DNA of 64,000 bases, taken from NCBI GenBank assembly GCA_017451295.1, contig JAFSPW010000033.1, positions 12,990 to 76,989 of the forward strand, given 5' to 3'. How positions within the stretch are numbered: position 1 is the first letter of the stretch; the number at the start of each line of letters is the position of its first letter. This DNA is from Clostridia bacterium. GTDB lineage: Bacteria > Bacillota > Clostridia > Christensenellales > CAG-138. The notes under the pieces are model-generated. The model made no database searches, was not told the DNA's origin, and saw only the letters and a program-made list of their open reading frames with translations. This document shows, one piece after another, positions 55,407 through 64,000 of this stretch. The translations under genes and the position numbers were made by a program.

Positions 55407-56723
55407 TTAGTGTTCTTTTTTCCAGGCCTTGATTTCTTCCAGCCGCATTTTATACTTAGCTTCCAAGCCTTGCTCCGTAGGTATGTAGTATTCTCTGCCC
55501 AATAAGGACTCCGGCAAGCAAGTCATGCTGGTCATTTTTTGTGCATAGTCGTGGGCATATTGATAGCCGCTTCCATACCCCAGCTCCTTCATGAGCCTGG
55601 TGGGTGCATTTCGAATATTCATGGGGACAGGCTCATCCAATTGCTCAAGCGCATCCTTTTTTGCGGCCATATAGGCTACTTCCATGGCATTGGATTTAGG
55701 CGCCATGGACAGATACACCACGGCCTCCGTTAGATTCACCGTGCATTCGGGCATGCCGATATAATGGCAAGCCTGATAGGCGGCAACAGCAATCTGCAGG
55801 GCATGCGGGTCCGCCAGTCCCACATCCTCGCTGGCAAAACGGATAACCCTCCGGGCAATGTACAGCGGCTCTTCTCCCGCTTCCAGCATCCGCGCCAGCC
55901 AGTAAACCGCGGCATCGGGGTCAGAGTTTCGCATGGACTTATGCAAAGCCGAAATCAGGTTGTAGTGCTCTTCGCCGCCCTTATCATACAGCAGCGACTT
56001 CTTGGATGTGCACTGCTCCAAGGTCTCCTTGGTAACGGTGACGACGCCGGCTTCATCCACATCTCCATTGAGCACCACCATCTCGAGCGTAGACAGGGCC
56101 ATGCGCGCATCGCCGTTGGAAAAGACGGCAATGCTGTGCAGCATCTCATCGGAAATGTTCACCTGCATCCTGCCAAAGCCGCGCTCATCCTCCATGGCTC
56201 GGCGCAGCAGAACCGTCATATCCGCCGGTTCCAAAGCATGCAAAACAAAGACCTTGCAGCGAGAGAGCAGAGCCCCGTTTATCTCAAAGGAAGGATTTTC
56301 CGTGGTAGCGCCGATCAACACAATGCTGCCCTTCTCCACAAAGGGCAGAAAGGCGTCCTGCTGGGCTTTATTGAACCGGTGAATTTCATCCACAAACAGA
56401 ATGGTCCGCTCTCCATAGCGGCGGTTATCCTCCGCCTGCTGCATGACGACACGGATTTCCTTTATTCCGCTGGTCACGGCAGAGAAGTCGATAAAAGCGG
56501 ATTTGGTTCGATTGGCGATGATTCTTGCCAGGGTGGTTTTCCCTACGCCCGGTGGTCCCCAAAAGATCATGGAAGAAACCTGATCGCTTTCAATCAGGCG
56601 GCGCAACACCTTGCCCTGACCCAACAGATGAGTCTGGCCAACAAATTCGTCTAAGTTTCTTGGTCTGAGCCTGGCGGCAAGAGGCTGGGGTGCTTCTTCG
56701 GTAAACAAGGAATACTGTTCCAT
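55407..56723 (-). CDS. rarA: replication-associated recombination protein A (RarA/MgsA)
   Basis: Start re-set to ATG 56723 (SD ggagg). PLAARLRPRNLDEFVGQ, GPPGVGKTT, FVDEIHRFNK, and the MgsA C-terminal domain. Confidence 0.9.
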   Translation of the reverse strand: MEQYSLFTEEAPQPLAARLRPRNLDEFVGQTHLLGQGKVLRRLIESDQVSSMIFWGPPGVGKTTLARIIANRTKSAFIDFSAVTSGIKEIRVVMQQAEDNRRYGERTILFVDEIHRFNKAQQDAFLPFVEKGSIVLIGATTENPSFEINGALLSRCKVFVLHALEPADMTVLLRRAMEDERGFGRMQVNISDEMLHSIAVFSNGDARMALSTLEMVVLNGDVDEAGVVTVTKETLEQCTSKKSLLYDKGGEEHYNLISALHKSMRNSDPDAAVYWLARMLEAGEEPLYIARRVIRFASEDVGLADPHALQIAVAAYQACHYIGMPECTVNLTEAVVYLSMAPKSNAMEVAYMAAKKDALEQLDEPVPMNIRNAPTRLMKELGYGSGYQYAHDYAQKMTSMTCLPESLLGREYYIPTEQGLEAKYKMRLEEIKAWKKEH

Positions 56724-56798
56724 ATCTATCCTCCAAAGCAAGTATACCACACAAAAAGAAGCCGGGGAAGACACCCGGCTCAAGAAATGAAAAGAATC

Positions 56799-57068
56799 TT
56801 ATTTAACCAATTCCTTCAGGTTTTTGCTGGCCTTGAAGTAGGGAACATTGGCAGCGGTGATGCTGACCATTTCGCCCGTGCGGGGATTCTTGCCTTCCCG
56901 TGCCGTCCGCTTTTTGCAGCCGAAGGTGCCAAAGCCGGAAAGGGAAACGGTTTCCCTCTGAATGGTATCGGAAATAATGTCCAAAGCTGCAGAGACCACA
57001 GCAGAAGCATCTTTTTTGGTAAGGCCTGTTTTTTCGGACACCGCCTTAATGAACTGAGTTTTATTCAT
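56799..57068 (-). CDS. hup: HU-family DNA-binding protein
   Basis: Start at ATG 57068 (SD aaggag). MNKTQFIKAVSEKTGLTKKDA...GFGTF....R.AR.GKNPRTGE. Confidence 0.95.
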   Translation of the reverse strand: MNKTQFIKAVSEKTGLTKKDASAVVSAALDIISDTIQRETVSLSGFGTFGCKKRTAREGKNPRTGEMVSITAANVPYFKASKNLKELVK

Positions 57069-57094
57069 GTACAAGCTCCTTTCAATTTTGGCTC

Positions 57095-57123
57095 ATTATA
57101 ACACCAACAACAGGCCTTGTCCA
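57095..57123 (-). promoter_or_regulatory. sigma-A promoter (TGGACA-N17-TATAAT, minus strand) for hup
   Basis: On plus, attata at 57095-57100 and tgtcca at 57118-57123. Confidence 0.65.
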
Positions 57124-57222
57124 TAGAAAAATCCCTAAATTAAAGTAAAAAGTAAAGATTAACAATCAAAAGTTGATATATTTAGTATATTTGACTACTA
57201 TTATATCGAATGGTTCGAGGCA

Positions 57223-58191
57223 TCAGATATCAGATTCGCTGCCTTGACTTCCTCTTTTGAAAAAGTCTTCCAGTTCCTTTTTCCAAGGTCCGCTTCTTCC
57301 GCCTCGATGGTTTACACACCAGGCTCCGGCGGCACAGGCAAGGGCATTTGCTTCCTCTATGGCCGTATTGGATTGTATTGCAGAAAGAAAGGTACCGTCA
57401 TAGACATCCCCGGCGCCGACCCTGTCGACCACCTGCACTGTAAAGCCATCACAAGAGTGCTTCGCGTCTCTATCATAAACGACCGCCCCTTTTTCTCCTC
57501 GGCGCATAACAACAATAGGCACATGCTTTTGCAATAATCTGGCCGCTTCATCGGGATTGCTTGTGCCAGCCAAGGCGCAGATTTCACTTTGTTCCGATCC
57601 AAACAGTATATCACAATACGCTAAGGCCGATTTTAGATTGGAGGCAAAGGTCTCGTTTCCATCGGATTCCAGCCGGGCATTGATGTCCAGCGAAACGGGG
57701 ATACCTCGCTCCTTGCATCGCTGCATGAGGTAAAGCTGGGTGCTGGCTGCCGGTTCCTCCCGTAAGGTCATGCCGGAGGAGTGCATCCAGCCGATTCTGT
57801 CTAAAATGTCGTCAGGAAGCTGGTTTAGTGTAATCTGGTGCTGGCTGGCTCCCTGCGCCGGATAAGCGAACGGCACTCTCTCTCCATGCTCATCTAAGAC
57901 CAGCAGCACCATGGTGGTCATGCAGTCCTCCCGCAAAGACAGCAGGGAGGCATCCACTCCCTCGGCGATTAACTGTTGCTTTAATTGCCGACCGAAGTAA
58001 TCCTGTCCTGCCGTCCCTAAAAACATCACCGGTGTATGGAGCCTGGCAAGCGCCACGGCGGTGTTAGCCACACTTCCACCATGGGAGAAAGCCACCGTCG
58101 GGGTTTCAAGAGGATTCAGTTTGCTGACGGCCTGGCCGTATGGAATCAGAAGGTCTGCGCATATATCACCGAAGCAAAGGACTGGAAGCAC
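57223..58191 (-). CDS. PfkB-family carbohydrate kinase
   Basis: Start re-set to GTG 58191 (SD gggagg 8 nt upstream), because the ORF-track N-terminus overlaps the divergent nfeD promoter. It has GG..N.A (GGSVANTAVALA) and the C-terminal DRVGAGD motif. Confidence 0.8.
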   Translation of the reverse strand: MLPVLCFGDICADLLIPYGQAVSKLNPLETPTVAFSHGGSVANTAVALARLHTPVMFLGTAGQDYFGRQLKQQLIAEGVDASLLSLREDCMTTMVLLVLDEHGERVPFAYPAQGASQHQITLNQLPDDILDRIGWMHSSGMTLREEPAASTQLYLMQRCKERGIPVSLDINARLESDGNETFASNLKSALAYCDILFGSEQSEICALAGTSNPDEAARLLQKHVPIVVMRRGEKGAVVYDRDAKHSCDGFTVQVVDRVGAGDVYDGTFLSAIQSNTAIEEANALACAAGAWCVNHRGGRSGPWKKELEDFFKRGSQGSESDI

Positions 58192-58263
58192 TTGTTTATC
58201 CTCCCGAAACACTTTTAACAAATTATACCATGTTCCTTTATCGACTGCAATCGGGGAAGGGTA

Positions 58264-58292
58264 TTGCATTTTACGGCCGATTGGGGCATAAT
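58264..58292 (+). promoter_or_regulatory. sigma-A promoter (TTGCAT-N17-CATAAT) for the nfeD-floA cluster
   Basis: Hexamers at 58264-58269 and 58287-58292. Confidence 0.6.
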
Positions 58293-58328
58293 GAAATATA
58301 TTAAAGAAACATATAGAGGAGGTCACCT

Positions 58329-58823
58329 ATGTTCGCTGTGCTTGGTCCCTTGGCGGTGCCCTGTATCCTTTGTTTTTTGTTTGGCATTCTGATGTTCGTG
58401 GTGGAGATGTTCACTCCCGGCTTCGGCGTTGCGGGTGGCTTAGGCATCGCCGCCTTTGCCGCCATCATCGTGATGCAGTTCTCCGCTAATTCTCTCAGCG
58501 CTGCTCTGACGGTTTCTGCGGTGCTTCTGCTGCTGCTTTGTGTCATCATCGTTCTGTTTTTGCGCTCCTTCCAAAAGGGCGCTCTGTCAAAGTCCAAAAT
58601 TGTCAACGCCTCTGCTGTGGAAGGGGAGTCCTCCGCCGCAACGAAGCAAGTCGGACGAGAGCTGATGGGGAAGTCCGGAACCGCCATCACCCCCCTTCGG
58701 CCCACCGGCGTTGCCGAAATAGAGGGGGAGCGGGTAAATGTTTCCACCCGGGGTTCCTTCATCGATGCCGGCAGTCAGGTAACCGTCATCGCCTTGGAGG
58801 GACTAAATGTCATCGTAAAATGA
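58329..58823 (+). CDS. NfeD-family membrane protein (short form)
   Basis: Three or four N-terminal TM helices and a C-terminal OB-like NfeD domain (GKSGTAITPLRPTGVAEIEGERVNVSTRGSFI..G..V.V). Confidence 0.85.
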   Translation: MFAVLGPLAVPCILCFLFGILMFVVEMFTPGFGVAGGLGIAAFAAIIVMQFSANSLSAALTVSAVLLLLLCVIIVLFLRSFQKGALSKSKIVNASAVEGESSAATKQVGRELMGKSGTAITPLRPTGVAEIEGERVNVSTRGSFIDAGSQVTVIALEGLNVIVK

Positions 58824-59017
58824 AATACTGTAAACAGTGCGGTGTTCTCTATAGCACCGATGTGTGTCCCAAATGCGGCATTGTGGAGCCGGAACCTAAA
58901 CCTGCGCCCGAAGCCGACAAAGCCGTTATCACCCGCCAATGGGTTGCGCTGCTGGTGGGCGTTCCCCTGTTTATCATGGCTATCTATGTGGTTATCCACA
59001 TGATATACGGCAATTAA
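58820..59017 (+). CDS. 65-aa zinc-ribbon plus single-TM protein
   Basis: [20 protein letters not shown]... followed by a TM helix. Its ATG overlaps the nfeD stop (ATGA). There is no good SD, so translation would rely on coupling. Confidence 0.5.
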   Translation: MKYCKQCGVLYSTDVCPKCGIVEPEPKPAPEADKAVITRQWVALLVGVPLFIMAIYVVIHMIYGN

Positions 59018-59046
59018 AAACAAACTATCAGGAGGTAAACGAATTC

Positions 59047-60021
59047 ATGTTCCCAGCCGTCGTTATCATCGTACTTATCATCATCTTCCTGTCCCTGCTG
59101 TTTAGCTTTGTACCTGTCGGTCTGCTGATTTCGGCCAGCGCTTCCGGCGTGAAGCTGAGCATCAGCACCCTGGTCGGTATGCGCCTTAGGAAGGTGGTAC
59201 CGGCTCGCATCGTCAACCCCCTTATCAAGGCCACTAAAGCCGGCATTTCTCTGCCGCTGAACAAGCTGGAAGCCCACTATATGGCCGGCGGCAACGTGGA
59301 CCGTGTGGTCAACGCTCTTATCGCCGCCATGCGGGCCGGTATCCCCCTGGATTTTGAGCAGGCCTGCGCCATTGATTTGGCTGGCCGCAACGTGCTGGAA
59401 GCCGTGCAGATGAGTGTCAATCCCCGGGTTATCGAAACTCCTGTCATCGCTGCCGTTGCTATGGACGGTATTGAATTGAAAGCCAAGGCAAAGGTTACCG
59501 TTCGTGCCAACATCGATCGTCTGGTGGGCGGCGCCGGTGAGGAGACCATCATTGCCCGTGTCGGCGAAGGTATCGTTACAACCGTCGGTTCCTCCCGCAG
59601 CCATAAGGAAGTTCTGGAGAATCCCGACTCCATCTCAAGGACCGTTTTGGATAAGGGCTTGGATGCGGGCACTGCCTTTGAGATTCTCTCCATTGATATT
59701 GCCGATGTGGACGTGGGTCGAAACGTCGGCGCTCAGCTGCAGATTGACCAGGCCGAAGCCGACAAGCGCATCGCTCAGGCAAAGGCCGAGGAGCGCCGTG
59801 CCATGGCCGTGGCTCAGGAGCAGGAGAATGTGGCCGCTGTGGCCGGCATGCGGGCAAAGGTAATCGAGGCGGAGGCCGAGGTGCCCATCGCCATCGCTCA
59901 TGCCTTCCGTGACGGCAAGCTGGGTGTAATGGATTATTACAACATGAAGAATGTTATTTCCGACACCGATATGCGAAACGCCATCTCCCACGCTGCCAAT
60001 CCCACCCCTGACACTAAATAA
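59047..60021 (+). CDS. floA: flotillin-like protein FloA (UPF0365/YqfA)
   Basis: Start re-set to ATG 59047 (SD aggagg). It has a TM helix followed by ...[20 protein letters not shown]...I.A.KAG. 324 aa. Confidence 0.9.
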   Translation: MFPAVVIIVLIIIFLSLLFSFVPVGLLISASASGVKLSISTLVGMRLRKVVPARIVNPLIKATKAGISLPLNKLEAHYMAGGNVDRVVNALIAAMRAGIPLDFEQACAIDLAGRNVLEAVQMSVNPRVIETPVIAAVAMDGIELKAKAKVTVRANIDRLVGGAGEETIIARVGEGIVTTVGSSRSHKEVLENPDSISRTVLDKGLDAGTAFEILSIDIADVDVGRNVGAQLQIDQAEADKRIAQAKAEERRAMAVAQEQENVAAVAGMRAKVIEAEAEVPIAIAHAFRDGKLGVMDYYNMKNVISDTDMRNAISHAANPTPDTK

Positions 60022-60039
60022 GACGGAAGGGAGCTTTTT

Positions 60040-60507
60040 GTGCAAGCTATATTTCTGCTTCTTGTGATTGTAGGCTTTATCGGCTCTCTCGCAAGCAAAA
60101 AGAATATGCAAAAAAGCATGCAGAAGCGTATGCCCGATGAGCTGCAGCAGGCAAAGGAGGCTGCCCACAAAGGGAATGCAGTGCCTGCCGCTAAGCCTGC
60201 TGCGCCCCGGGTATCCCCTCCTGTTGCGCCCAGAGTCGCCCCTACGAAACTAAAGACACCCGCCTATGGCGGAACGCCAAAGTATACCCACATTGTTACC
60301 AGCACGCTGGAAGGCGGGCACAGTCATACGGAGTCCAGCATGACGGGGGAGCAGGTCTGTCCTCCAACCAACGCAGACAAAGCTGCCAATGCCATTTTGA
60401 AGCCGCAGACTTCCAATCCCGTTTTCCCTTTGCTTCTATCCTCTGACAACGTGGTTCAGGGCCTGCTGTTTGCAGAGATTTTGGGAAAGCCCAAGGCTAT
60501 GCGCTGA
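60040..60507 (+). CDS. hypothetical membrane-anchored Pro/Ala-rich protein
   Basis: GTG start (SD gggag). One N-terminal TM helix, a PAAKPAAPRVSPPVAPRVAP low-complexity stretch, and the conserved-looking C-terminus LLFAEILGKPKAMR. Confidence 0.5.
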   Translation: MQAIFLLLVIVGFIGSLASKKNMQKSMQKRMPDELQQAKEAAHKGNAVPAAKPAAPRVSPPVAPRVAPTKLKTPAYGGTPKYTHIVTSTLEGGHSHTESSMTGEQVCPPTNADKAANAILKPQTSNPVFPLLLSSDNVVQGLLFAEILGKPKAMR

Positions 60508-60514
60508 CTATCGT

Positions 60515-61915
60515 ATGCAGCGCAACGACATTGTAAAAACCATATTCACCATCTTGCCATTGACCGTATTGTGCACACTGTACGGTCTTTGGCTTGTTGT
60601 TGAACCGCCTGAGCTTGTGGAAAGCGTTCTCGTTGCCGGCGTTGCGTTGCTTCTGTTTGTCCTTTTGTATGTCCGTGCTGTTCCCAGGCTGTTCGAATAT
60701 GCCTTAGATGGTGACAGAGAGCAGGCCACGACTGCGGTCCATCGCACGGGTATTCTGGGGGGCAGGGAAGTGCTGCGGCTTCTTTTGGTGCTGGTTATTG
60801 CCCGCGGCATATATATGGTGGGTGCATTTGTATGGAGCCTGTATCTTAACGGATATTCCGAAACCATTCTGGATATCCAACATATCTGGGCCGATCATCT
60901 CTTTGCGCCGCGATTTATTTCCATCGCCAATAATGGGTATAGAACGGAAGTGCCCGGGTACCCTGGTGCCTATATCAACCTTCTGTTCCCGCCCCTGTAT
61001 TCCCTGATTATCCGCTTCATCAGCCCCTTTTATCTTAGCAGCATCCGAGCCGGGTTCTTTGTGGCGAACCTGAACTATCTGTTGTCCGGTATCGTTCTGT
61101 ATGCCCTGGTTTTAATGGATCAGGATCGCCGGTCTGCCGTCCGCTGCCTGTGGTTCTATGTGATTTTGCCCCCCAGCTTCTTACTTGGCTGCACCATTTC
61201 CGCCAGTACATTTTTGCTTCTATCCTTGCTGTGCATGTATTGCGCTCGCCGCAAATGGTTTGTACCCGCAGCCGGCTTCGGGTTCCTGGCCGCCATCACC
61301 GAACGCACCGGCTTATTGCTGGTTGTGCCAGTACTCATGGAGTTTTTGAGGAGCATGACGATTGAATATCGCTCCCTTAAAGCGGTGAGCTGGCAGTTTT
61401 ATGTGAAGAAAAGCCTTCAGGGCTCTGCTCTCATCCTTATTCCCTTAGGCTTTCTTCTCTACTTGCTGATTAACCGCAACGCCACGGGCAATTTCTTTGC
61501 CTATGCAGAGTATTTGAAAGCGTATTTTTCCAGTCAGCAAGCCCTATTCTACCGGGTAGCGGCTGCTGTATGTGAAAGATCATTTCAATCCCATCTTTTG
61601 CAGGACACTCAGACCCTCCTTGGCATTTGTATTCCCAACTTGATTGCTTTGTTTGCCGCCTTCGAGATGCTGCTTCTTACCTATAAACAGCTGCGAGCAA
61701 GCTATCTGTGCTATGGAATTCTAATGGTAGCCGTCATCTATAGTCAAACCGGAATACTGGATGGCCCCCGGCAATTGTTCTGCTGCTTCCCATTGCTGAT
61801 TGCACTTACTGCTGTAGCGAGGAACCATTGGATAAACCTGTTGCTGTCCCTGCTTTGCATTGCGGGGTCTATCGCCTATTTGGGAATGTATGTGGCCGGC
61901 TGGCCCGTTGTGTGA
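60515..61915 (+). CDS. polytopic membrane protein, GT-C / PIG-V-like mannosyltransferase family (tentative)
   Basis: 466 aa with more than 10 TM segments. FISIANNGY......NLLFPPLYSLIIR resembles the IA..GY...FFPLYPLL motif of bacterial PIG-V-like glycosyltransferases. Confidence 0.5.
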   Translation: MQRNDIVKTIFTILPLTVLCTLYGLWLVVEPPELVESVLVAGVALLLFVLLYVRAVPRLFEYALDGDREQATTAVHRTGILGGREVLRLLLVLVIARGIYMVGAFVWSLYLNGYSETILDIQHIWADHLFAPRFISIANNGYRTEVPGYPGAYINLLFPPLYSLIIRFISPFYLSSIRAGFFVANLNYLLSGIVLYALVLMDQDRRSAVRCLWFYVILPPSFLLGCTISASTFLLLSLLCMYCARRKWFVPAAGFGFLAAITERTGLLLVVPVLMEFLRSMTIEYRSLKAVSWQFYVKKSLQGSALILIPLGFLLYLLINRNATGNFFAYAEYLKAYFSSQQALFYRVAAAVCERSFQSHLLQDTQTLLGICIPNLIALFAAFEMLLLTYKQLRASYLCYGILMVAVIYSQTGILDGPRQLFCCFPLLIALTAVARNHWINLLLSLLCIAGSIAYLGMYVAGWPVV

Positions 61916-61919
61916 GAAT

Positions 61920-62447
61920 ATGCTGGAACTGTACATAAGTTTTTTGAAAATCGGTGCTGTTATGTTCGGGGGCGGATACTCCATGCTGCCCTTGCTCATT
62001 CGTGAATTGGTGGACAACAAGCATTGGTGCACGGAGGAGGAGGTTTTGGACTATTTCTCCTTGGCCCAATGCACGCCTGGGGTCATTGCCATCAACTCCG
62101 CCACCTTCGTCGGCTATAAGCGGGGTAAGGTCTGGGGCGGAATCATCGCCTCCCTGGGAGTGGTCACGGTGCCGATCATCATCATCACCGTCATCGCCGC
62201 TGTCCTGCAAAATCTAATGGCGTATCCCTTGGTGCAGCATCTGTTTGCCGGTGTTCGAATTGCCGTAGCCGCGCTCATGACCATCACCATCTTCCGGCTT
62301 GTGAAAAAAGCCTGCAAGGATGGCATCAGCGTAGGGATTGTTATCGTTTCCTTTGCTTTGCTTGCCGTATTAAAACTGAATTCCGTTTGGCTGGTGTTAT
62401 TGGCTGCCGTATTCGGCATTGCATACGGAAGGTGGTTCAAAAAATGA
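61920..62447 (+). CDS. chromate transporter (CHR) family protein, half-size
   Basis: Start re-set to ATG 61920. FLKIGAVMFGGGYSMLPLL......W......D...LAQ.TPG. Confidence 0.85.
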   Translation: MLELYISFLKIGAVMFGGGYSMLPLLIRELVDNKHWCTEEEVLDYFSLAQCTPGVIAINSATFVGYKRGKVWGGIIASLGVVTVPIIIITVIAAVLQNLMAYPLVQHLFAGVRIAVAALMTITIFRLVKKACKDGISVGIVIVSFALLAVLKLNSVWLVLLAAVFGIAYGRWFKK

Positions 62448-63022
62448 TTAAGACCATACTGCTATTGATTTTTGAATTTATGAAAACCGGCCTGCTTGCC
62501 GTCGGCGGTGGAATGGCAGCCATACGCTTTTTGCAGGACATGATGGCACAGTATGGTTGGATTACCGCCGAAGAACTGGCTAACATTATCGCCGTGGCTG
62601 AGTCCACTCCCGGGCCAATCGGCATCAACGCCGCTACCTATATGGGGTATTCCGTTCTATCCAACTATGGAATGGGTTGGGGCATCCTTGGCGGAATCAT
62701 AACTACACTTTCGTTGATCACTCCCCAGATTGCCGTAATCGTCCTGGTGGCAAGAGGGCTGGAAAAGTACCGCAGCTCCAAGCTGGTCAACGATGCATTC
62801 TCCGCCTTGCGGCCTGCCGCCGCTGCTCTGGTTGCCTCTGCCGGTTGGTCTGTGGTGCATTCCACGCTGGAAATATCCGCTCAGCCTCTTTCCATAAACC
62901 TAACCTCCTTTATAATCTATGCCTTGCTTCTTACGGCCATGGCCCTGCCGAAGCTAAAGAAGCTGCACCCGGCGCTGTTTCTCTTGATTGGCGGAATCAT
63001 CGGCATCCTTTTCCAGCTTTGA
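62444..63022 (+). CDS. chromate transporter (CHR) family protein, half-size partner
   Basis: ATGA overlap with the upstream half. FMKTGLLAVGGGMAAI.....W.......I.VAESTPGP. Confidence 0.85.
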   Translation: MIKTILLLIFEFMKTGLLAVGGGMAAIRFLQDMMAQYGWITAEELANIIAVAESTPGPIGINAATYMGYSVLSNYGMGWGILGGIITTLSLITPQIAVIVLVARGLEKYRSSKLVNDAFSALRPAAAALVASAGWSVVHSTLEISAQPLSINLTSFIIYALLLTAMALPKLKKLHPALFLLIGGIIGILFQL

Positions 63023-63067
63023 TTATTGACAAGGACCATCTTTTCAGCTTACAATAACAAAGGTTTT

Positions 63068-63150
63068 GCGGCTGTGGTGGAACGGCATACACAACAGACT
63101 TAAAATCTGTCGGCGAAAGCTTGCGGGTTCAAATCCCGCCAGCCGCACCA
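63068..63150 (+). tRNA. tRNA-Leu (anticodon UAA), CCA encoded
   Basis: Acceptor stem GCGGCTG/CAGCCGC. Anticodon stem-loop acaga-CTTAAAA-tctgt. Long variable arm (cggcgaaagctt). T arm gcggg-TTCAAAT-cccgc. 3' ACCA. Confidence 0.9.
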
Positions 63151-63151
63151 T

Positions 63152-63193
63152 AGAAGGACTCTAATTTGGAAACAATTAGGGCCCTTCTTTTTT
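63152..63193 (+). terminator. rho-independent terminator after tRNA-Leu
   Basis: 15-position stem agaaggactctaatt / aattagggcccttct (one mismatch, one wobble) followed by a T6 run. Confidence 0.75.
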
Positions 63194-63310
63194 ACACCCC
63201 TCCCATGTGAAAAAGACCTTATATTATGGGCTTTTTAGGCTTCTCGCACACGAATACCTGCTCGAGCTGTCTCTTCATTCATGCTCATCCAGTCGATTTT
63301 CGACCACTTA

Positions 63311-63358
63311 CAGCAAAACACCCATCTCGACCGACTCTGAAATCGTGTGCGAGATGGG
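63311..63358 (-). terminator. terminator-like hairpin downstream of the TetR gene (minus strand)
   Basis: 9-bp stem cccatctcg/cgagatggg with a 20-nt loop, followed on minus by TGTTTTG. Confidence 0.5.
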
Positions 63359-63379
63359 CGACAGAGATCGTCAATTGAG

Positions 63380-63967
63380 TTAAGATTGCTTTCCGAACTT
63401 GATGTTCAAATCTTCGTTTAATGTCCGTGCAACGCCTTTTTTGATAATACCGTCACCGATCTTATAGGTAAACTCATCGGGGATTATCTCACTGGACATC
63501 TCATACAGCATTATTTCTACCAATCCGGCCAGAACACAATTTGCCACGTCATTTTTTACATCATTGCCTGTTTTGTAATCCAAACCGATATCTTCTGCAA
63601 AATGTTCTTTGATGTATTCTCGATAATTTACGGCAAACGCACCACCACGCTGCTCCAAAACCAATGGGATGAGATACTTTCGATTCTCTTGGAACATCTC
63701 CCGCATTTCAATCATGACCTGCTGAAAGTCGCCCTTATCTCGATTTTTGCTCTCAATCGCAGAGACAAGAAGATTCATCATCCTTGTTTTTATTTCTGTC
63801 AGAACATCGTCGACCCATTCATAGTAAAAATAAAACGTGGACTTGTGAATACCAGCCTTCTCAATGATTTTCTTTACCGTTATCCGCTCATTCTTTATCA
63901 TCAGATCCCAGTAAGCATCTTCGATCTTAGCCTTCGTGCGCTCTCTGGCTTCTTTATATTGACTCAT
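63380..63967 (-). CDS. TetR/AcrR-family transcriptional regulator
   Basis: 195 aa. N-terminal HTH ...ITVKKIIEKAGIHKSTFYFYY... The gene is AT-rich compared with the rest of the window. Confidence 0.85.
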   Translation of the reverse strand: MSQYKEARERTKAKIEDAYWDLMIKNERITVKKIIEKAGIHKSTFYFYYEWVDDVLTEIKTRMMNLLVSAIESKNRDKGDFQQVMIEMREMFQENRKYLIPLVLEQRGGAFAVNYREYIKEHFAEDIGLDYKTGNDVKNDVANCVLAGLVEIMLYEMSSEIIPDEFTYKIGDGIIKKGVARTLNEDLNIKFGKQS

Positions 63968-64000
63968 GGAGGAAACTCCTTATGTATAGTTGTGTTTATT

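Noticed and set aside
1-64000. Window-wide search for defence islands, toxin-antitoxin pairs, retron/DGR reverse transcriptases, CRISPR arrays, IS elements, integrases, prophage genes and rRNA.
   Set aside because: None of the credible ORFs carries the corresponding motifs, and I saw no spaced direct-repeat array. Apart from the features listed, the region is conserved housekeeping synteny, so I do not claim a novel protein-based system here.

Overview
The window is a core-chromosome stretch from a moderately GC-rich, spore-forming Firmicute of the Clostridia type. I base that on gene content and order only; no search was run. About 60 protein genes are tightly packed on both strands, and almost all are housekeeping genes. 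Several blocks match Bacillus-type synteny: ylbJ / patatin / tmcAL(ylbM); pta-ackA; recJ-apt-relA-dtd-MBL-hemZ-[T-box]-hisS-aspS-trxA-nifS; yajC; and plsX-acpP-rnc-smc-ftsY. The remaining genes are clpE, a VanW/G5 wall protein, recX-nnr-glucokinase-HD, add, ddh-folD-like, sigG, an aminotransferase, a Sfp-type PPTase, rmuC, ttcA-like, rarA, hup, a PfkB kinase, nfeD-floA, a split chromate transporter, tRNA-Leu(UAA) and a TetR gene. I saw no rRNA, CRISPR array, transposase, integrase or recognisable defence/toxin cassette. I cannot support a novel multi-gene protein system in this window. The features that ordinary annotation does not explain are non-coding. (1) Two tandem 119-bp hairpin/palindromic elements with covarying arms lie between the VanW-like gene and the clpE operon (36844-37153). 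(2) A roughly 220-nt unit with its own promoter and terminator, strongly self-complementary and without a credible ORF, lies at 3276-3532. (3) Base composition drops sharply right after tRNA-Leu at the right edge (about 62% to about 38% GC in the 100-nt samples I counted), which suggests the border of an acquired element. Many ORF-track entries are N-terminally over-extended or are antisense shadow ORFs. I re-set starts where a Shine-Dalgarno (SD) sequence and homology-style N-termini supported it.
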